A stretch of DNA of 64,000 nucleotides, from positions 9,536 through 73,535 of the IMG/VR virus record IMGVR_UViG_2568526092_000002; one strand, given 5' to 3'. How positions within the stretch are numbered: position 1 is the first letter of the stretch; the number at the start of each line of letters is the position of its first letter. The notes beneath the pieces were generated by a model. The model did not search any database. It saw only the letters and a program-made list of their open reading frames with translations, and had not been told where the DNA came from. Source of the stretch: a virus (Duplodnaviria; Caudoviricetes). Below, one piece after another: positions 9,647 to 18,691 of this stretch. The position numbers and the translations under genes were made by a program.

Positions 9647-10136
9647 AATGTGTTTCCTCCAATGTATTTTGTATTTGAGGTTCGCTGACCTCTTACTATT
9701 AGTCGTCGTTCCATCTTTTCAAAAAGGAGCGAATGACTTTTCAAGAAATTGGATAGGATATATTAAAAAGCGATTTAATCTTCTTTTAATATTTCTTCCT
9801 TAATATCAGTAGTAGATGTATCTCTTTGGAAATCTGTGTCATTTGCTTCAACTACTAAAGGATTGGGTAATTAATATGATCTGTAAAATTATAGATTTGT
9901 TACAAAACCTATTTTAATTGCACTGTTTTACAACATAGTGTATTGACACTACTCTAAGTGCAGTTGTAGAATGTTTCTATGAGATATTTGAAACATATAT
10001 AGGAACAGTTAAAGGTTTTTTAGGCAAAGTATGTTATACTTTAAAAGAGAGAAATACTGAAGCTAAAAACTCCCAAGACACTCTTACTAATATCTATCTA
10101 TGTATGTATATCTTCTAAGGTAGGTAAATTAGGGTG

Positions 10137-10667
10137 TTACCCCTGACATAATTTTTTTAACGTTTTCATCGCACGGGAAGCATGGGACTTGTTCAAGCCA
10201 AGTAAGTTAGAAATCTCTGTTGGCTTCATATCTATCCCTTCCTCTGTGAAGAGCATGAAATCAATGATTCGACGTTGTTGCGGTGTAAACATACAGAGGT
10301 TGTTCAAGTAATCAGTTTTTACGTCAGACAGTCCATAGCCTATCTCTTCAGTTGCGTACGAGAAGTAATCGATAGTTGAACCATATTCTTCATCTGCCCC
10401 ATCGCAAAAATTAACAGAGGTGCTGTTTTTGCTAATCATACGGTTGTTTTTGCGGTAGTAGTCAAATACTGCACGTTGAACGACAGTATGAGAGAATGTG
10501 AAGATATCTTTCTTAACTTGTCCTTTGTCGATGGCTGTAAGAATACGAAGCACAGCTTCTGATTGAACTTCTTCACGGTCTTCACTTCTCACGCCTTTCA
10601 GTATAAATTTGAAGATAGGTGTTAAGGACTCGATATCGAAGTTCGATATCGTTGTTTGAGTTGTCAT
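10137..10667 (-). CDS. Phage RNA polymerase sigma factor (sigma70/ECF-like, regions 2 and 4)
   Basis: Region 2: DREEVQSEAVLRIL...RAVFDYYRK; region 4 HTH: TPQQRRII...KPTEISNLLGLNKSHASRAM. Confidence 0.85.
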   Translation of the reverse strand: MTTQTTISNFDIESLTPIFKFILKGVRSEDREEVQSEAVLRILTAIDKGQVKKDIFTFSHTVVQRAVFDYYRKNNRMISKNSTSVNFCDGADEEYGSTIDYFSYATEEIGYGLSDVKTDYLNNLCMFTPQQRRIIDFMLFTEEGIDMKPTEISNLLGLNKSHASRAMKTLKKLCQG

Positions 10668-10771
10668 AGTTAATATTCCTCCAATGGTTTCATGTGTAAT
10701 GTGTTGCCAGTAATATCAGAGGTCGTTGCTTCGTTTGAGTAAGATGCGACTAAATTTGAATAGAATTTTGC

Positions 10772-11860
10772 TTACTGGAACATTGACCCGATTAGGTTCA
10801 CGTTGTAGGTGTCGAGACGGTCTAGTAAACAAGCATTAAGCAGTTCATTGCTGTCTTTGAGCGCAGGAAAGCTAGGGTAGCGTACACGGTTCACAACGAA
10901 CCCTGCCCTATCCAGTAAGATTGCGGCGTCTTGCATTCCCTTCTCGCCCGCTTTATCGTTGTCTAGCATCAAATCAATTTCCTCGATGCCAGCCAACTGC
11001 AACTCCCGAATTTGATTCCTGAAAAGAATACGTCCGTTAATCGAGATTGCGGGGATATCCACCTGATAGTTGGACATACAGTCAATAGGTGATTCGACCA
11101 TCCTGACTCGCCTAATTCGGTGTTTCGTGGTTCTAAGTGTGTTAATGAAATGGAGACCAAAAATAATATCTTTCTTTATCGCGCTGCCTTCATTAATGAA
11201 CTTAGTACCGTGATAGCTGTTGCCTATCTTTCTCTTCTGCACAAAACGGAGTTCTCCGGATCTCGTCCTCTGAGGGAATACAATTGTCGCAGTTGCAGTG
11301 TCAACACAGATTTCGTAGGTTTCGAGGGTTCTGTCGTTAAATCCCCTAGAACGCATGTAATTTATGCCAGTCTGATAGAGTAGTTCATTACTAGCCCTCG
11401 AATCTTTCATGCTAGTAAGAACGCTCTCTTCAAGATGGGGAATAACGTACTTGTTCCTGCGATTATCTATGAAGTCAACCATATCGAACGTTCTTCGTTT
11501 TTCTTCCTCGATGATATAGGTAGAAAGCAAAACTTTAATGCCCTCTCCTTCATTCAGGTCAAGAGCGTTCTCTATTAAAGTGTCTATTGTTCCTAAGTAG
11601 CCACAAAAAAAGCAGTTACAGTGATAGGGCGGTTCTTTAGAGATGCCAAAAGATGCCCTTGTTTCGGAATGTAATGGACAGCAACTCATGACCCATCCCC
11701 CCGTATCATTCAGTCCTGTGAATGCTTTAGGGTTACTTAGAACCTTCGAGAGATGCTGATACGAGAACCTGAGTTCATCTGTCAACTCTTCAGGATCAAT
11801 GTACAAGGATTCAAGAATCTCAATATTGGGATCCTCTTGTTTGAGAGAGAGATTAATCAC
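10772..11860 (-). CDS. dnaG: DNA primase (CHC2 zinc finger + TOPRIM)
   Basis: CCPLH...CxCFFCG zinc finger; VESPID and LDNDKAG TOPRIM motifs. Confidence 0.92.
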   Translation of the reverse strand: MINLSLKQEDPNIEILESLYIDPEELTDELRFSYQHLSKVLSNPKAFTGLNDTGGWVMSCCPLHSETRASFGISKEPPYHCNCFFCGYLGTIDTLIENALDLNEGEGIKVLLSTYIIEEEKRRTFDMVDFIDNRRNKYVIPHLEESVLTSMKDSRASNELLYQTGINYMRSRGFNDRTLETYEICVDTATATIVFPQRTRSGELRFVQKRKIGNSYHGTKFINEGSAIKKDIIFGLHFINTLRTTKHRIRRVRMVESPIDCMSNYQVDIPAISINGRILFRNQIRELQLAGIEEIDLMLDNDKAGEKGMQDAAILLDRAGFVVNRVRYPSFPALKDSNELLNACLLDRLDTYNVNLIGSMFQ

Positions 11861-12032
11861 TTCCCTTTCCCCCTATCTGGGCGAAACCGGGAGAGTGGAT
11901 TTCTATCTCGTCCTCATGAACATCGACGTGAACGTTGAAAAAGTTAGGGAAGTATTGGCAGTGAGCCGTTAACTCCTTACTCTCCTTATACGCTTCTAAG
12001 CTGATAGAGTTAAGGTACAGTTGTACCCACAT
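11853..12032 (-). CDS. 59-aa hypothetical protein between helicase and primase (below the ORF-track cutoff)
   Basis: Manual translation MWVQLYLNSISLEAYKESKELTAHCQYFPNFFNVHVDVHEDEIEIHSPGFAQIGGKGSD*; GGGAGG RBS; fills the gap exactly. Confidence 0.55.
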   Translation of the reverse strand: MWVQLYLNSISLEAYKESKELTAHCQYFPNFFNVHVDVHEDEIEIHSPGFAQIGGKGSD

Positions 12033-12051
12033 GGGCTAGTCCCTCCCTCTC

Positions 12052-13335
12052 TTAGAAGTATTGTTCGTTAATGGAATCATCCAGGAGAGAGACGATACCA
12101 GAGTCGAAGTCGTAGCGCACAAGGAACGATTGTCCGCTTGCATTTTCACGATTTTTTATGACCAAGATTCTAAAGGTGTTGTCACTCACTTTTACGATAG
12201 AGATGCCCTTTGAAGCATCCTGTACGATGGCGAAGGTTTCCCCAATATCTCCAGCATCAACGTTCTCCGTAATGTCCTTCTTTACTTTCTTAAGGGCATC
12301 GCGGTTCGCTTGAGCGACAACTATTGCGGGCTTACCAGTATCGAGAATTAAGTCTCGAACTCCTGCCGAAACATCATACAGGCGCTGTCTAAGGTCGCCG
12401 CTCCCCCGTGAGGGAAGTCGTAACTTTGATAATTGGTCGAGTGTCCAACGATTGTGTCCTTCTCGTTCGAGTATCCGGTGGATTTCGTCGAGCGTGTAAG
12501 GTTTGCCTCCATTACTCTTAAGGTCGTAAATTACCATGTCTTTCTTCTTCTGCTTAAGGCGGTCAATAAACTCCGCATAAGCATCTCTCTTTTCGTTAGA
12601 GAGCGTACCGCGTGTTAGAGCAAGCCGTGACACTTTGGCAAGTGTATTGTCCCAGTTATGGGCAATTTCTGACGCTCTTTGCTCCAAGGCGAAGTAGGCT
12701 GGATAGTCATCATCTAATGTACTGTTCCATGCCGCTGACATCATAAAGGATGATATGAGGGTCTTCCCCATGTTTGTTGGCGCAAACACGAGAAAGTAAT
12801 CGACCGCCCCATCTGTGTATTCAAGTCCGTTGGTCGCTAAATCTAGCGGCTTGAATCCAGTAGTCATTCCTATGATTTCATCTTTTGCCCTACCGTGGAT
12901 TTTGTCATAAGCATCGAGACGTTGTTGAGCATTTTCGATGTAGGAGTAGCCCTGACCCCTTAAGCCGATAGACTTCAGAAATCTTCCTGCTTCCATCTGA
13001 AGTTGCTGAATAGCCGCTGTCGTTTCCTTTTTGGCGAAAGTCTCCGAAGCAGATACCAGTATCGGTTTGAACTCCCTATAAAGAAAGTCCTCCCTCACCG
13101 CTCGCACAACGTGGTCGATGTTCTCCAATTCCACCAACTCAAACGTATCAAACTTGTTCATTACCGTTTCTATTGTTGGCAAGTATCCGTTTTTCTTTTT
13201 GAAGCCTTTGACGTACTCGAAGGTTTCTTTGTGTACCTGAAAGTAGTCCTCAGTAATACCTGCATCCTCGACAACGCCCCACTCTTTAACGTTTAGGATG
13301 TGGTTGAGTAGCTGAAGTTCTTCGATTGCCGCCAT
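12052..13335 (-). CDS. dnaB: DnaB-like replicative helicase
   Basis: Walker A APTNMGKT; DQLS and QANR motifs; KNRE near the C-terminus; probable start MAAIEE at 13335. Confidence 0.92.
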   Translation of the reverse strand: MAAIEELQLLNHILNVKEWGVVEDAGITEDYFQVHKETFEYVKGFKKKNGYLPTIETVMNKFDTFELVELENIDHVVRAVREDFLYREFKPILVSASETFAKKETTAAIQQLQMEAGRFLKSIGLRGQGYSYIENAQQRLDAYDKIHGRAKDEIIGMTTGFKPLDLATNGLEYTDGAVDYFLVFAPTNMGKTLISSFMMSAAWNSTLDDDYPAYFALEQRASEIAHNWDNTLAKVSRLALTRGTLSNEKRDAYAEFIDRLKQKKKDMVIYDLKSNGGKPYTLDEIHRILEREGHNRWTLDQLSKLRLPSRGSGDLRQRLYDVSAGVRDLILDTGKPAIVVAQANRDALKKVKKDITENVDAGDIGETFAIVQDASKGISIVKVSDNTFRILVIKNRENASGQSFLVRYDFDSGIVSLLDDSINEQYF

Positions 13336-13584
13336 TGTGTTCCCTCCCAATTTCCGATTACACTCTTAGTAGTCGAGTCATCTACGGAAAAAGGTGCGGC
13401 GTGATTCCAGCTAAGGCTCTATGTGACTTCATTTCCCTCATCGATTATGTACAAGTCAGACTTGTCCTCCTGACCAATTTTCAATAACAACACCCTTTAT
13501 GGGGATTTTTACCCCCCCTAATTTCAGGATAAAACATAATATTTCTTCCGCCGGAAAATTTAATCCTATATTATGGAAATAGAA

Positions 13585-13634
13585 AAGGACTCACCGAATA
13601 CAATTAGAAAAGTAATTGTATTCGGTGAATCCTT
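13585..13634. repeat. 22-bp inverted repeat (1 mismatch) with a 6-nt loop; terminator or cruciform
   Basis: AAGGACTCACCGAATACAATTA-GAAAAG-TAATTGTATTCGGTGAATCCTT. Confidence 0.85.
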
Positions 13635-13863
13635 ACGGGTTTTCATGTAGCGACAGTGCTTGAGGTAGGTCATGCGATCAGCGCAACTAAGTTGTCTGAT
13701 AAATGCTCCTTTGGGCTGTTTTCGCTTGCCTCTCTAAGTTCGTATCGAGCTGTTATGAGCTGTATCACAACATATATAGAGTCTCTTTCAACTATGTTGT
13801 TCACAAATAGCTCGACAATAGGTAAATCTTCACTAAACACGTCAACAAACGCTCCACTTAAAT

Positions 13864-14640
13864 TTAGTATTTGTAGGTATTATCTTCTCTTCTGTCTCTG
13901 CCGCCCAATGGAATGACCATCGTATTGTAAAGCATTCGAGATACAACCATGTCTCCAAGCATGTCATCTTGACGTAATATTGAATCAGGGAAATTGCTTG
14001 TAAAGATTGTACTTTTCTGTGCTTCTTTACGGAAGTCAATAACATCATAGATAAGGTCTCGAATGATTGGGGTGATTCGACCGCTCCCGATATCATCTAG
14101 TATTAGTAGCGGAACGTCATTCATGTGGTTGAGTTCTCGGTGGGCTTCGTAGGTAAACTTCTCGTCACTACGAGTGTAAATATCCCGCTGACGGTTAGCC
14201 CAAGCTCCAAATTTTACATACATTCCCACAGGGGTTTCATAATCAAACCATTGTGGGTCACGACAAACTTTGTAAATAAATTCATTAAGAACGGCATTGG
14301 CTGTCCATGATTTACCTGTACCTTTGCCCCTGTTAATCAAGGCAAGGTTCGTACCTGAAGTGACAAAGCCTACTGAATTAGATAGCAAGTCCTTCAGGAT
14401 GGTTGCAAAGTCAGCGTTGTCCGCATCCTCAACGTAGTTGTGCAGGTTGGCAGTACGGTACTCCTTGGGGATTTTAGCCAAGCCGATAGCCTTTTCCAGT
14501 TTATCGTAGCCCACACAATAGGTGAGCGTATGCTCGGGCGGCAACTTCACTTCACCGCTACGAAGTTTGCACCAGTCCTTTACCACACAGGTTTCACATG
14601 TGCTAAACAGTTCTGTCTTTGTTTCAGTCAATATACTCAT
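13864..14640 (-). CDS. DnaC/IstB-like AAA+ helicase loader
   Basis: N-terminal CxxC...C; Walker A GKGTGKS; Walker B LLILDDIG; IFTSN; GRDRR. Confidence 0.9.
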   Translation of the reverse strand: MSILTETKTELFSTCETCVVKDWCKLRSGEVKLPPEHTLTYCVGYDKLEKAIGLAKIPKEYRTANLHNYVEDADNADFATILKDLLSNSVGFVTSGTNLALINRGKGTGKSWTANAVLNEFIYKVCRDPQWFDYETPVGMYVKFGAWANRQRDIYTRSDEKFTYEAHRELNHMNDVPLLILDDIGSGRITPIIRDLIYDVIDFRKEAQKSTIFTSNFPDSILRQDDMLGDMVVSRMLYNTMVIPLGGRDRREDNTYKY

Positions 14641-15722
14641 TAGTTACCTCCTTTAATCCTCTTCAGGAAGTCTTCAGCAGACATGCCGCTCTTTGTCTGT
14701 ACGGTAGTCTCAACCATTTCCTTCTTCTCTTGCGCCGCGATATAGAACGGTTTCTTGCCTTTCTCGACGAACAAATCAATCTCTGCCGCCCGTCCTGAGG
14801 TACAGAACCACTCAAGGGATTGATTGTCGTATCCAATTTGGAAAAAGGCATTAATTCTTAGCTTAATTAGCGCCTTGTTGCCGTCAACATTCTTGAGCAA
14901 GCGCCCAATCATTCCACGGTGTTTACTTCGGGCGGTTTCGTGTGTTCTGCCTGTAGCGTCAATAAACTTCTCGTAGAAGTATTGAACGAAGTTGTCGTTC
15001 TTCCATCGATCAATGTCATCAGGCAGGGAGAACCTGCTTTTCCCTTCCCCAAAGTTGCCCGCTTTTTCAACATTGCCACCTAGAACGTTTCTCATTACTT
15101 CCTTTGTCGCAGGTTGGTCGGAGATATCAGGCTTCGCCTTTCCAGCGTACGGTGGGTTGAACATATCGTCACCTTCCTTCTTCACCCTGCTTAAAAGGGT
15201 CTCACGTATATGTGATTCAGTCTCAGCATCGACAGGAATCTCCCGAAAGATGATTCCCTCTTTGTCAAGCTTCTCAAGCATCTTAATGAAGCATTCGTAT
15301 ACATCTTCGTATAGGCATACCTCAACTTCTTTGTACACGGAATTTACAGTCCGCCAGAACATTTCGGATACATGTAGATGGTCAATCTTGTCTATGTCCA
15401 TCAGATAGTAGGAGTTCGTCTTCCGATTACCGTTACGTTCCTTCAGGATGAACCCCTTCTCGCAGAGTTCGTCAATGTACTTGATTGCCGTTTTCTTGGT
15501 GCAGTTGCAAGCCATAGCAATTCGTGATACGGCAGGAAATGCTTCTCTTCCGTTCTCAAAAACGTACTTGGATATCACGCCGTAGGCTATCTTAGACGTG
15601 TCCGATAATTCCAAACAAGAAACCACCATGTTCGGCAGTTGCACATGCCCTCTGTTTTCAGAGTCACGGTAAACGAATTGCTTTTCGCTAGATACTATCA
15701 CTTGTCCTTTGTATTGCCCCAT
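14640..15722 (-). CDS. Phage replication initiator / replisome organizer (N-terminal wHTH)
   Basis: AFPAVSRIAMACNCTKKTAIKYIDELCEKGFI...NSYYL (HTH_36-like); directly upstream of the loader; probable start MGQYKG at 15722. Confidence 0.8.
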   Translation of the reverse strand: MGQYKGQVIVSSEKQFVYRDSENRGHVQLPNMVVSCLELSDTSKIAYGVISKYVFENGREAFPAVSRIAMACNCTKKTAIKYIDELCEKGFILKERNGNRKTNSYYLMDIDKIDHLHVSEMFWRTVNSVYKEVEVCLYEDVYECFIKMLEKLDKEGIIFREIPVDAETESHIRETLLSRVKKEGDDMFNPPYAGKAKPDISDQPATKEVMRNVLGGNVEKAGNFGEGKSRFSLPDDIDRWKNDNFVQYFYEKFIDATGRTHETARSKHRGMIGRLLKNVDGNKALIKLRINAFFQIGYDNQSLEWFCTSGRAAEIDLFVEKGKKPFYIAAQEKKEMVETTVQTKSGMSAEDFLKRIKGGN

Positions 15723-16058
15723 TGTTAAATCATCTCCCTGCTCTAAGTGGTCGGCGCAAGTATTAACAAAGTTGCGGGAGATGTTACGTCCAGCCCCTTC
15801 CCTGAAGGACTTCGGCGGGCGACCCTTAGGCGTAAACTTGCTGATAATACTTGTGGTATTCAGTAATAAGATTGGACATATTGACCGTCTCACCTGGCTT
15901 CCTTTAGAGCAGGGGATGTCACGTTGTTCACGTGTATGACTCCGTTGATAGCACAGTGGATTAGGCATATAGCTGTATGTCGCATATGTCTCAACCCCTC
16001 TGTTATCAATAGTCGATCTATCTATGGAAAAAGATGTTCGCTCGAAGGCGGGACTTTA

Positions 16059-16450
16059 TTAACCGATTACGTGTACTCCTATTGCTCGAAGTTCTTTAAT
16101 GAATTTGGAGTACGTTGTGTTAGTGAAGGTAAAGAGTTCGGTCGCCTTCTTGATTTCCTCGTTGGTCAGGTCTCGAAGGTTGCCTTCGCTGTCGCCCATG
16201 CTTACAAAGATCTGTCCAGCCAGGACTTCGACCTTTTGCCGTCTTCGTCGTACAGTGGGCGGTTGAGCATTAGCCCGTCCAGCTTTCCATTTTCATTGCA
16301 GAAGATATCGAAGTCGTGATAACGAACCAACTCGATGTACCCGCCGGGAATCGCTTGCAGTTCACTTAGTTCGTTCTTGATCGTCTTCACGTATGAGTGA
16401 ACCTTATCCGGTGCGACCACCACCATCCTGATTAAATGTTGCTTTGCCAT
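16059..16450 (-). pseudogene. DUF3846-family gene with a 1-nt frameshift
   Basis: ...CNENGKLDGLMLNR... stops early at 16202, while the expected C-terminus (VEVLAGQIFVSMGDSEGNLRDLTNEEI) continues in another frame after the A4 run at 16234-16237; span 392 nt = 3n+2. Confidence 0.7.
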
Positions 16451-16527
16451 GTACCCATTTCTTTCGCAAGCTCTTTAACACTGGGTATACCGTTCTCCTC
16501 CAGACGATACAAAGAGATCTGCCAATC

Positions 16528-16830
16528 CTATTCCCTTTTAATTCCTAGTTTCTTCAGCCAATCACTCAGATAGTTAGCCCCACGGGACGCTAGTAAGCCA
16601 GCGGCTACTGTAGATGAGTATGCGGCAATTCCGGTAAGTCCGAATGGATTAAGTCCGAATGCAAATGCCAGTCCTACGCCTACTATAATAGAAACTGCAT
16701 ACGTGCCTGTATCCTTAATAGGCATTACTTTCTTGATGACTTCCGTGATTGCTTCTGTTAAGCCCGCCACAAGCATCCACAGACCGATTGCACCTACTGC
16801 TGTAGCCAATACTTCAGTTAAAGTTACCAT
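16528..16830 (-). CDS. Holin-like membrane protein
   Basis: About three TM segments, basic C-terminus, immediately after the endolysin. Confidence 0.7.
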   Translation of the reverse strand: MVTLTEVLATAVGAIGLWMLVAGLTEAITEVIKKVMPIKDTGTYAVSIIVGVGLAFAFGLNPFGLTGIAAYSSTVAAGLLASRGANYLSDWLKKLGIKRE

Positions 16831-17609
16831 TATTTCTTCACCGCCCTAGCAATTAGGATTGTGTTCAGGAACGCCAGTTCAGAAGCAGTCAGCGTACCAT
16901 TCTTGGCTTTGGTAATCCAAGCTTCGTCCGTAAAGAACCCTTTATCCTTAAAGTCTGTCAGGTTCTTTACAAGCATGTCTAATGCCCACTTATCAAGCTT
17001 CATAGGTTCATCGTCCTCCGATACTTCAGTTTTAGTTGGTGATTCAGGCGTACTGCAATTCTTCAGTTCAGCCGCCACATCGTTTAGGAATTGAGCCTTA
17101 CTGATTCCCATAATTTTCAAAGCGTTCTTGTACGGGTCGGACTTGCGGTTCGGATCAAGCTCATTGTGGCCTGAAATCCGCTTCAAGGGATTCAATCCGT
17201 ACTTGTTACATAGATACGCCATATACCACACGTACCGTTTGTAAGCTTCTTGATTATTAATGCTCCCCTTCTTATTGGAGTAACACAGTTCTGCGCCGAT
17301 TGCGTGGTCATTGGAGTCAAAGCCGTAAAGGTCATTGTCTGTAGTGACGTTATACAACACGTGCCAAGCCTTCTCAGTGAGTGGCACACACTCAATGATG
17401 ACCTCATCATCAATAAAGGTATGCGCAGAAGCACTCTCGACGTTGGCAGAGTTCGTATAGTAGTTCACGTTACCCACCGCTGTACTGCCGTCATTGCCCG
17501 TGTCATGAGCCACGATAAATACAATTCCTCGGTTCTTTAGGCCGGAACGTCTCTTCGTATTGACTGGTATGTATTTCTGTACAATGGAATACTTCATCTT
17601 GAAAGCCAT
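16830..17609 (-). CDS. Endolysin, N-acetylmuramoyl-L-alanine amidase (Amidase_2)
   Basis: VAHDTGN, AWH, IGAELC and GHNELDPNRKSDP zinc-amidase motifs plus a short C-terminal binding domain. Confidence 0.92.
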   Translation of the reverse strand: MAFKMKYSIVQKYIPVNTKRRSGLKNRGIVFIVAHDTGNDGSTAVGNVNYYTNSANVESASAHTFIDDEVIIECVPLTEKAWHVLYNVTTDNDLYGFDSNDHAIGAELCYSNKKGSINNQEAYKRYVWYMAYLCNKYGLNPLKRISGHNELDPNRKSDPYKNALKIMGISKAQFLNDVAAELKNCSTPESPTKTEVSEDDEPMKLDKWALDMLVKNLTDFKDKGFFTDEAWITKAKNGTLTASELAFLNTILIARAVKK

Positions 17610-17626
17610 CTAGTTCACCCTTTCTA

Positions 17627-17968
17627 TTAAATCTTTGGGGTGCTATCCCCTACCTTTTCCTCCGCGATACTATAGACACTTTCTACTTGAGAATTACCAG
17701 GAACGGTCATGGTAGTTTCTGTATTGGTAGTTTTGAACTCCCTCACTGTCTGTACTGCGAATACCCCGCCCACGATGGTCATAACGACAGGGCTAAGGCT
17801 TCCTATCATCTCAATCGAGACGGAGCTGACCGCTACCCCGAAGAAAGGTGCAAAGAATATAATCAGCAGGAACAGTGCAAACAGACCGCCAAACAGTACC
17901 ATTAGAAAATCCTTAGCGGAGAAGCCGTCATTGTCGTTCCAGAATGCGTTCTTCACAAACTTCACCAT
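17627..17968 (-). CDS. Two-TM membrane protein of the lysis cassette (holin-like)
   Basis: Two hydrophobic helices; position upstream of the amidase. Confidence 0.6.
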   Translation of the reverse strand: MVKFVKNAFWNDNDGFSAKDFLMVLFGGLFALFLLIIFFAPFFGVAVSSVSIEMIGSLSPVVMTIVGGVFAVQTVREFKTTNTETTMTVPGNSQVESVYSIAEEKVGDSTPKI

Positions 17969-17969
17969 C

Positions 17970-18290
17970 TTAGCGCACGTCTCCCCTCCGTCTTGAGAGT
18001 TGAGCCACTAATTGCTCTACCTTGATATTCAGCAGCCTGTTCTCACTAATCAGTTCCATGTTTTCCTGACGAAGCGTGATGACTTCGTTGCTTAGTCTCT
18101 CAATCTTTTCTTCCGAAGCTGTGAGACGTTCAATCAACCTTTCACGGAAGGCCTGCTCGTCCTTGGAGAGCAATTCTCTATCCGTTACCTTGTTATTGTT
18201 TTTGCCGCTGGCGTAGCCGATTACACCGGATACAGCAGTACCAACGAGGCCAACGATTGCTGTAATTACACCTACGTCCATATCTATCAC
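17970..18290 (-). CDS. Single-TM + coiled-coil lysis-cassette protein (XhlA/BhlA-like architecture)
   Basis: N-terminal hydrophobic helix followed by a heptad coiled coil; first gene of the lysis cassette. Confidence 0.6.
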   Translation of the reverse strand: MIDMDVGVITAIVGLVGTAVSGVIGYASGKNNNKVTDRELLSKDEQAFRERLIERLTASEEKIERLSNEVITLRQENMELISENRLLNIKVEQLVAQLSRRRGDVR

Positions 18291-18383
18291 CTGACCTTTT
18301 CATTCTGTTTGTGGCACGTTAATAAGTCACATAATAATCCGGTGTATATTGTGTGACTATAGACAACGGGATGTGATGGAATA

Positions 18384-18599
18384 ATGAATGATGTTGGGAC
18401 GTTCCTACTCTACCTCCAAACAGATAAGAACTCGTCCGAATTGACCCTAGAAACCTCTGTTCCCACATCTTCCTTCACAAATTTCGCCACCCACATGCAT
18501 AACACTAGTTGTGACATGGCTCTTGTTCCGAATTATCTCGTTCACACAGAAATAGCCGCAACCAAGATTTATGCCAAAGTATCTCAGAAAAATGAGTAG
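18384..18599 (+). pseudogene. Internally deleted XerC/D-like tyrosine recombinase relic
   Basis: N-terminus FLLYLQTDKNSSELTLE resembles the Xer N-terminus; C-terminus (H-I-F-L-H-K-F across a 1-nt shift) ATHMHNTSCDMALVPNYLVHTEIAATKIYAKVS matches box II HxLRHSFATH...LGH...TT.IY. Confidence 0.7.
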
Positions 18600-18632
18600 G
18601 AAAAATAAGAAAGTTTCATCCTCTTGCAACTA

Positions 18633-18662
18633 CAATATAGGTAATTTCGGGCAAAAAATAAC
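18633..18662 (-). promoter_or_regulatory. Candidate late promoter for the lysis cassette, GTTA-N17-CCTATATTG
   Basis: Read directly, just downstream of the fibre-gene terminator. Confidence 0.6.
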
Positions 18663-18683
18663 CCCTACCAAGTAAGGTAGGGG
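18662..18683 (-). terminator. Rho-independent terminator after the 2188-aa gene
   Basis: CCCCTACC-6nt-GGTAGGGG followed by TTATTTTTT on the minus strand. Confidence 0.8.
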
Positions 18684-18691
18684 CTTCATAA

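Noticed and set aside
14640-15968. ORF-track start at 15968 for the initiator, and other extended starts (966, 2868, 5722, 35267, 59537, 61199)
   Set aside because: Good RBS sequences precede downstream ATGs, and the extensions read as non-protein-like or overlap neighbouring genes.
18447-18629. 60-aa minus-strand ORF before the lysis cassette
   Set aside because: It is antisense to the recombinase relic, whose motifs explain the sequence.
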